A stretch of DNA of 64,000 nt from Chloroflexota bacterium (GTDB taxonomy: Bacteria > Chloroflexota > Limnocylindria > Limnocylindrales > CSP1-4): positions 3,495-67,494 of the forward strand of contig VEOW01000115.1 in the NCBI GenBank assembly GCA_012026785.1. Reading direction: 5' to 3'. Position 1 is the stretch's first letter; each line of letters starts with the position of its first letter. Of the stretch, positions 60,638-64,000 are shown one piece after another. A program made the position numbers and the translations under genes. A model generated the notes under the pieces. The model was not told the origin of the DNA. It worked only from the letters and a program-made list of their open reading frames with translations, and ran no database searches.

Positions 60638-61579
60638 ATGCCGATGCTCATCGCGATCGCCTGTGCCGGCTTCGTCGCCCAGCTCGTGGACGGGTCGCTG
60701 GGCATGGGCTACGGCGTCACGTCGACCAGCCTGCTGCTGACGATCGGCCTGACACCGGCCCTGGCATCCGCGTCGGTCCACCTCGCCGAGATCGGGACGT
60801 CGGGCATCTCCGGCTTCTCCCACTGGCGCCTCGGGAACGTCAACGGGCGCGTTCTGCTGCTGATGGGCATCCCGGGTGGGATCGGCGCCTTCCTCGGCGC
60901 CGTGGTGCTCTCGAATCTCACGCTCGACGCGGCGCGGCCCATGGTCTCGCTGGTGCTGCTGGCCCTGGGTGGCGCGATCCTGTTTCGCTTCCTCCACGGC
61001 CGCCGGGTCGCTGCCCAGATCGCGGAGGCGACGGCGCTCGCCGACAGGGGCATCGCGCCTGCCGCCAAGCCCGAGCGACGGGCGCGCAGCTGGATGCTCG
61101 TCCCGCTCGGCCTCGTTGGCGGCTTCATGGACGCCAGCGGCGGCGGTGGCTGGGGCCCGGTTACGACCTCGACGATGCTGGCCGCCAGCCGGATGCGGCC
61201 ACGGACGATCATCGGCACGGTCAGCGGCTCGGAGTTCATCGTCTCGATCGCGGCGTCGACGGGCTTCCTGTTCGCCCTCGGTTCGGCGGGCATCGATCCC
61301 GCGATCGTCGCGATGCTGCTGCTCAGCGGCGCCGTGGCGGCGCCGCTCTCGGCGTTCCTCGTCAGCCGCTTCGACGATCGGTCGCTCGGCACCGCGGTGG
61401 GCGCCCTGATCATCTTCCTGAACGTCGACCGCGTGCTGCCGCTGTTCGGCCTCGATCCGGCGATCGGATTCGCGATCAGGCTGGGCGTCGGCGTGGCGGC
61501 GTTCGTCGTGGTCGGCGGCCTGGTGCTTCGGGCGCGGGCGAGGCGGGCGGCGGCCGGCTCGGCCGCCTCCGCCGCCTGA
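60638..61579 (+). CDS. TauE/SafE sulfite exporter family protein
   Basis: AQLVDGSLGMGYG, ASASVH, GGFMDASGGGGWGP. Confidence 0.92.
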   Translation: MPMLIAIACAGFVAQLVDGSLGMGYGVTSTSLLLTIGLTPALASASVHLAEIGTSGISGFSHWRLGNVNGRVLLLMGIPGGIGAFLGAVVLSNLTLDAARPMVSLVLLALGGAILFRFLHGRRVAAQIAEATALADRGIAPAAKPERRARSWMLVPLGLVGGFMDASGGGGWGPVTTSTMLAASRMRPRTIIGTVSGSEFIVSIAASTGFLFALGSAGIDPAIVAMLLLSGAVAAPLSAFLVSRFDDRSLGTAVGALIIFLNVDRVLPLFGLDPAIGFAIRLGVGVAAFVVVGGLVLRARARRAAAGSAASAA

Positions 61580-61609
61580 GGCTCGGAGGCCGCCACTACA
61601 CTCGCCGGC

Positions 61610-62068
61610 GTGAGGGTTTCGGCCAGGGCCGACTACGCGATCCGGGCGCTCGTCGAGCTCGCCGCGTCCGCGGGCGAGGCACCCATCCGGGGCGAGGCCC
61701 TCGCGCGCGCCCAGGCCATCCCGGCCAAGTATCTCGAGAACCTGCTGGCGGACCTGCGTCGCGCTCGCCTCGTCGCCAGCCAGCGCGGCAGCGAGGGCGG
61801 CTATCGACTGGCCAGGCCGGCCGGCGATATCAGCCTGGCCGACGTCATCCGGGCCATCGATGGCCCCCTGGCCGGCGTTCGAGGAGAAGCGCCCGAGGAC
61901 GTCGAGTACCCCGGTGCGGCGGCGTCGCTACGGGACGTCTGGATCGCGCTGCGGGCGGGGATGCGGGCCGTGCTCGAGTCGGTCACGGTCGCCGACGTCG
62001 CCGCCGGACGCCTGCCGGCCACGGTGACGAGCCTGCTGTCGGAACCGGGGGCGTGGGCCCGCCGCTGA
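61610..62068 (+). CDS. Rrf2-family regulator (Cys-less, CymR-like)
   Basis: MRVSARADYAIRAL, YLENLL, SQRGSEGGYRLA; no Fe-S cysteines. Confidence 0.92.
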   Translation: MRVSARADYAIRALVELAASAGEAPIRGEALARAQAIPAKYLENLLADLRRARLVASQRGSEGGYRLARPAGDISLADVIRAIDGPLAGVRGEAPEDVEYPGAAASLRDVWIALRAGMRAVLESVTVADVAAGRLPATVTSLLSEPGAWARR

Positions 62069-62093
62069 CGGCGGTCTGCGGGCGGCAGCCCGA

Positions 62094-62642
62094 CTAGTCT
62101 TCCTGCTCCGCCCGGTGCTTCTTCATCGACGCGTACTCGGGTGGGAAGGCGCGCTGGAGCCGGCGCAGCAATCCGTGGAGCTCGTCCTTCTCGTCGTCCG
62201 ACAGGGCCGATGCGATGAGCGCCTCGCGGCGGGCCTGGGCGCCGGTGCAGCGCTCCCAGGCTGCGTGGCCTTCCTCGGTCGGCTCGATCAGCGTCCCGCG
62301 CCGGTCGCTCGGGTCGGGTAGCCGACGGATGAGCCCCGCTTCCTCGAGCCGATCGAGGCGATTGGTCATCGCCCCGCTGGACAGTCGAAGCTCCTCCGCC
62401 AGTTGACCGGGGGTGCTTCGGTAGGGTGGACCCTGGTAGCGCAGGTGTCCGATCAGCCAGTAGGCCCGGCGATCGAGGCCGATCTCCGCGAGCGTCTCGT
62501 CCATCGAGCGGTCGAAGTAGTGCGCGAGGATCTGGATCCGTTCGACGATGCCCTCGGTCGGGACGTCGAGCCCGGGGATCTCGCGCTTCCAGACCTTCAG
62601 CTTCTCGTCGAGGCGATCGAGCTGCTCGACGGATGTTTTCAT
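62094..62642 (-). CDS. MarR-family regulator, UrtR/TamR/PecS-like
   Basis: N-terminal W..E.P.LD helix, GPPY..TPGQL, SGAMTNRLDRLE, DRRG. Confidence 0.9.
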   Translation of the reverse strand: MKTSVEQLDRLDEKLKVWKREIPGLDVPTEGIVERIQILAHYFDRSMDETLAEIGLDRRAYWLIGHLRYQGPPYRSTPGQLAEELRLSSGAMTNRLDRLEEAGLIRRLPDPSDRRGTLIEPTEEGHAAWERCTGAQARREALIASALSDDEKDELHGLLRRLQRAFPPEYASMKKHRAEQED

Positions 62643-62650
62643 GCCGACAT

Positions 62651-62752
62651 TATTCACCTCGAATATCTTTATGTCAAGCCTCTTGACATCGTTCGATTCC
62701 GGTGCTAGAGTTCCCCCAGATAGTTCGAGATCAAGAGTCTTTGACTCGAATA
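62651..62752. promoter_or_regulatory. Divergent promoter with about five MarR-type boxes
   Basis: 15-bp units at 62651, 62666, 62681, 62723 and 62738; TTGACA (62683), 17 nt, TAGAGT (62706) with upstream TG. Confidence 0.65.
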
Positions 62753-62782
62753 TCACAAGTATGAGGGAAAGCGAGGACAGAC

Positions 62783-63016
62783 ATGAACGGAATGGACCTG
62801 ATGCGAGTGCCCGGGCTTGGCCTGGCCGCCGCAACCCCCAACGAGCTGATGACCGAGCCGCGCACCGATCGCCACCTCTCCGACGAGGTGACGCCGAGCC
62901 CGACCTTCCAGCTCCATCGACTGCTCGAGGTGTTCCGACCGACCGCCCGCGAGACCGCCGCGCCCGTCGAGCGCCTGCCTGCCTCTCCTTCCGGCAAGGA
63001 CCTCGCCCGCGCCTGA
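62783..63016 (+). CDS. Small hypothetical protein divergent from marR
   Basis: 77 aa; SD GAGGA; own promoter and downstream hairpin. Confidence 0.6.
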   Translation: MNGMDLMRVPGLGLAAATPNELMTEPRTDRHLSDEVTPSPTFQLHRLLEVFRPTARETAAPVERLPASPSGKDLARA

Positions 63017-63065
63017 GCTCTCGCTCGAGGGCCGGACATCCGGCCCGAACCCTCGCTAGCCCACG

Positions 63066-63093
63066 ACTGGCCTCCGCCGACGCGGAGGCCAGT
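63066..63093 (+). terminator. Hairpin, probable terminator
   Basis: ACTGGCCTCCG...CGGAGGCCAGT. Confidence 0.55.
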
Positions 63094-63117
63094 TCGATTC
63101 GCCCTCCGCCGCTCGGT

Positions 63118-63285
63118 TTGCACACGCTGCAACAACCGACGGTTGGACGTCCGACTGCAGGCCCCAAAGGCCTGTCGGGTGCCTCAAACCGTCATCCGTT
63201 GCGCCTGGAGCAACGACATACGGTTGGGCGGCGGTGGAGTGGGGTCGCCCCGGAGCTCAACCGTCGCTTGTTGCCTGGGACGCAA
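63118..63285. repeat. Palindromic repeat cluster B (same family as 53883-54039)
   Basis: TTGC-N7-GCAA at 63118, 63199 and 63271; about 28 nt nearly identical to cluster A in reverse complement. Confidence 0.75.
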
Positions 63286-64000
63286 GACAAGGCGGTGCTC
63301 ATCCCCCGTGTGTACGAGACGGACAACCTCGGACATCGAAGCCATCGCAGCGGCACCGGTCAGCCCGCTCCCTGGCCGGACGTCGCACCGGATCTCATCG
63401 AACCCGAGTTCCCCATAAGCCAGCAGGCGTGCCGCGAGCGCCGCGACCTCGTCGGACCCGACCGGCGCCGTGAACGAGAACAGGTCGACGGATCGCCGGA
63501 GCGTGGCCGGGTCGCGACCGATCTCCTGGCAGGCTGCATCGACCTCACGCGTCAGCGCCTCGAGCCGCTCCCGGCCGCCTTCGGCGTCCGATTCGACCCA
63601 CCAGTTCCATTCGTCGGCGTACCGTGCTGCCAGCCGAATGGCCTTCGGCTTGCCCGCGGCGATGACGATCGGGATACCGGAAGGCCGAGGGCCGCGCAGC
63701 ACGAGCTCCGCGTCGGGCACGCGGTAGTACTCGCCATCCAGGGATGCCCGCCCCTCCCGCAGCAGGCCGTGGATCACGGCGATCGCCTCCGCGAAGCGGG
63801 AATAGCGGTGGTCGGCGTCGATGCCGAACGGGGGATAGTCGTCCGGCGTATTGCCGAGTCCGATGCCGAGGCGGTATCGGCCGCCCGAGATCTCGTCCAG
63901 GGTGACGGCAGAGCGCGCGACGAGGGTCGGATGGCGGTACGGGTTGTTGATCACGGCGTGGCCGATGCCGATCGTCGTTGTCGAGGCGGCGATCGCGGCG
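63184..64000 (-). CDS. LLM-class flavin-dependent oxidoreductase, 5' end outside the window
   Basis: PYRHP, TLDEISGGRYRLGIGLG, RFAEA, LAARYADEWN. Confidence 0.88.
   Translation of the reverse strand, partial: AAIAASTTTIGIGHAVINNPYRHPTLVARSAVTLDEISGGRYRLGIGLGNTPDDYPPFGIDADHRYSRFAEAIAVIHGLLREGRASLDGEYYRVPDAELVLRGPRPSGIPIVIAAGKPKAIRLAARYADEWNWWVESDAEGGRERLEALTREVDAACQEIGRDPATLRRSVDLFSFTAPVGSDEVAALAARLLAYGELGFDEIRCDVRPGSGLTGAAAMASMSEVVRLVHTGDEHRLVLRPRQQATVELRGDPTPPPPNRMSLLQAQRMTV

Overview
This is a very GC-rich bacterial chromosomal window of mostly housekeeping and metabolic genes. Gene style suggests Chloroflexota, possibly Limnocylindria; this is inference only. Left to right: truncated archaeal-type AAA+ ATPase; tRNA-Lys(UUU); regulator with a folE/RibD-C/ferredoxin-reductase cluster; dapB-dapA-dapD-lysA behind a structured leader; non-pyrrolysine MttB; vapBC; Opp-type ABC transporter; SolA, CocE and S9 enzymes; GAF kinase and response regulator divergent from gltB; ppc; tRNA-fMet; Tat-exported phosphotriesterase-family protein; A2-type heme-copper oxidase operon; polyamine-type ABC transporter; fdx-proC-proline dehydrogenase; hppD; relBE-type TA pair; ECF sigma/anti-sigma; FAH-family hydrolase; TauE-Rrf2; MarR; truncated LLM oxidoreductase. 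I saw no CRISPR, transposase, integrase or prophage. The best candidates for undescribed biology are: (1) a terminal oxidase with no cytochrome c motif but two near-identical type-1 blue-copper domains, one on subunit II and one on a duplicated subunit-IV-like protein; (2) an apparent Lys-Lys leader-peptide attenuator in front of the lysine operon; (3) a PtsP-like GAF kinase/OmpR pair with 11-bp-phased boxes shared upstream of gltB and a small Cys-rich ORF; (4) two families of regularly spaced palindromic intergenic repeats. Leaderless promoters are pervasive, and there are signs of sequencing errors.
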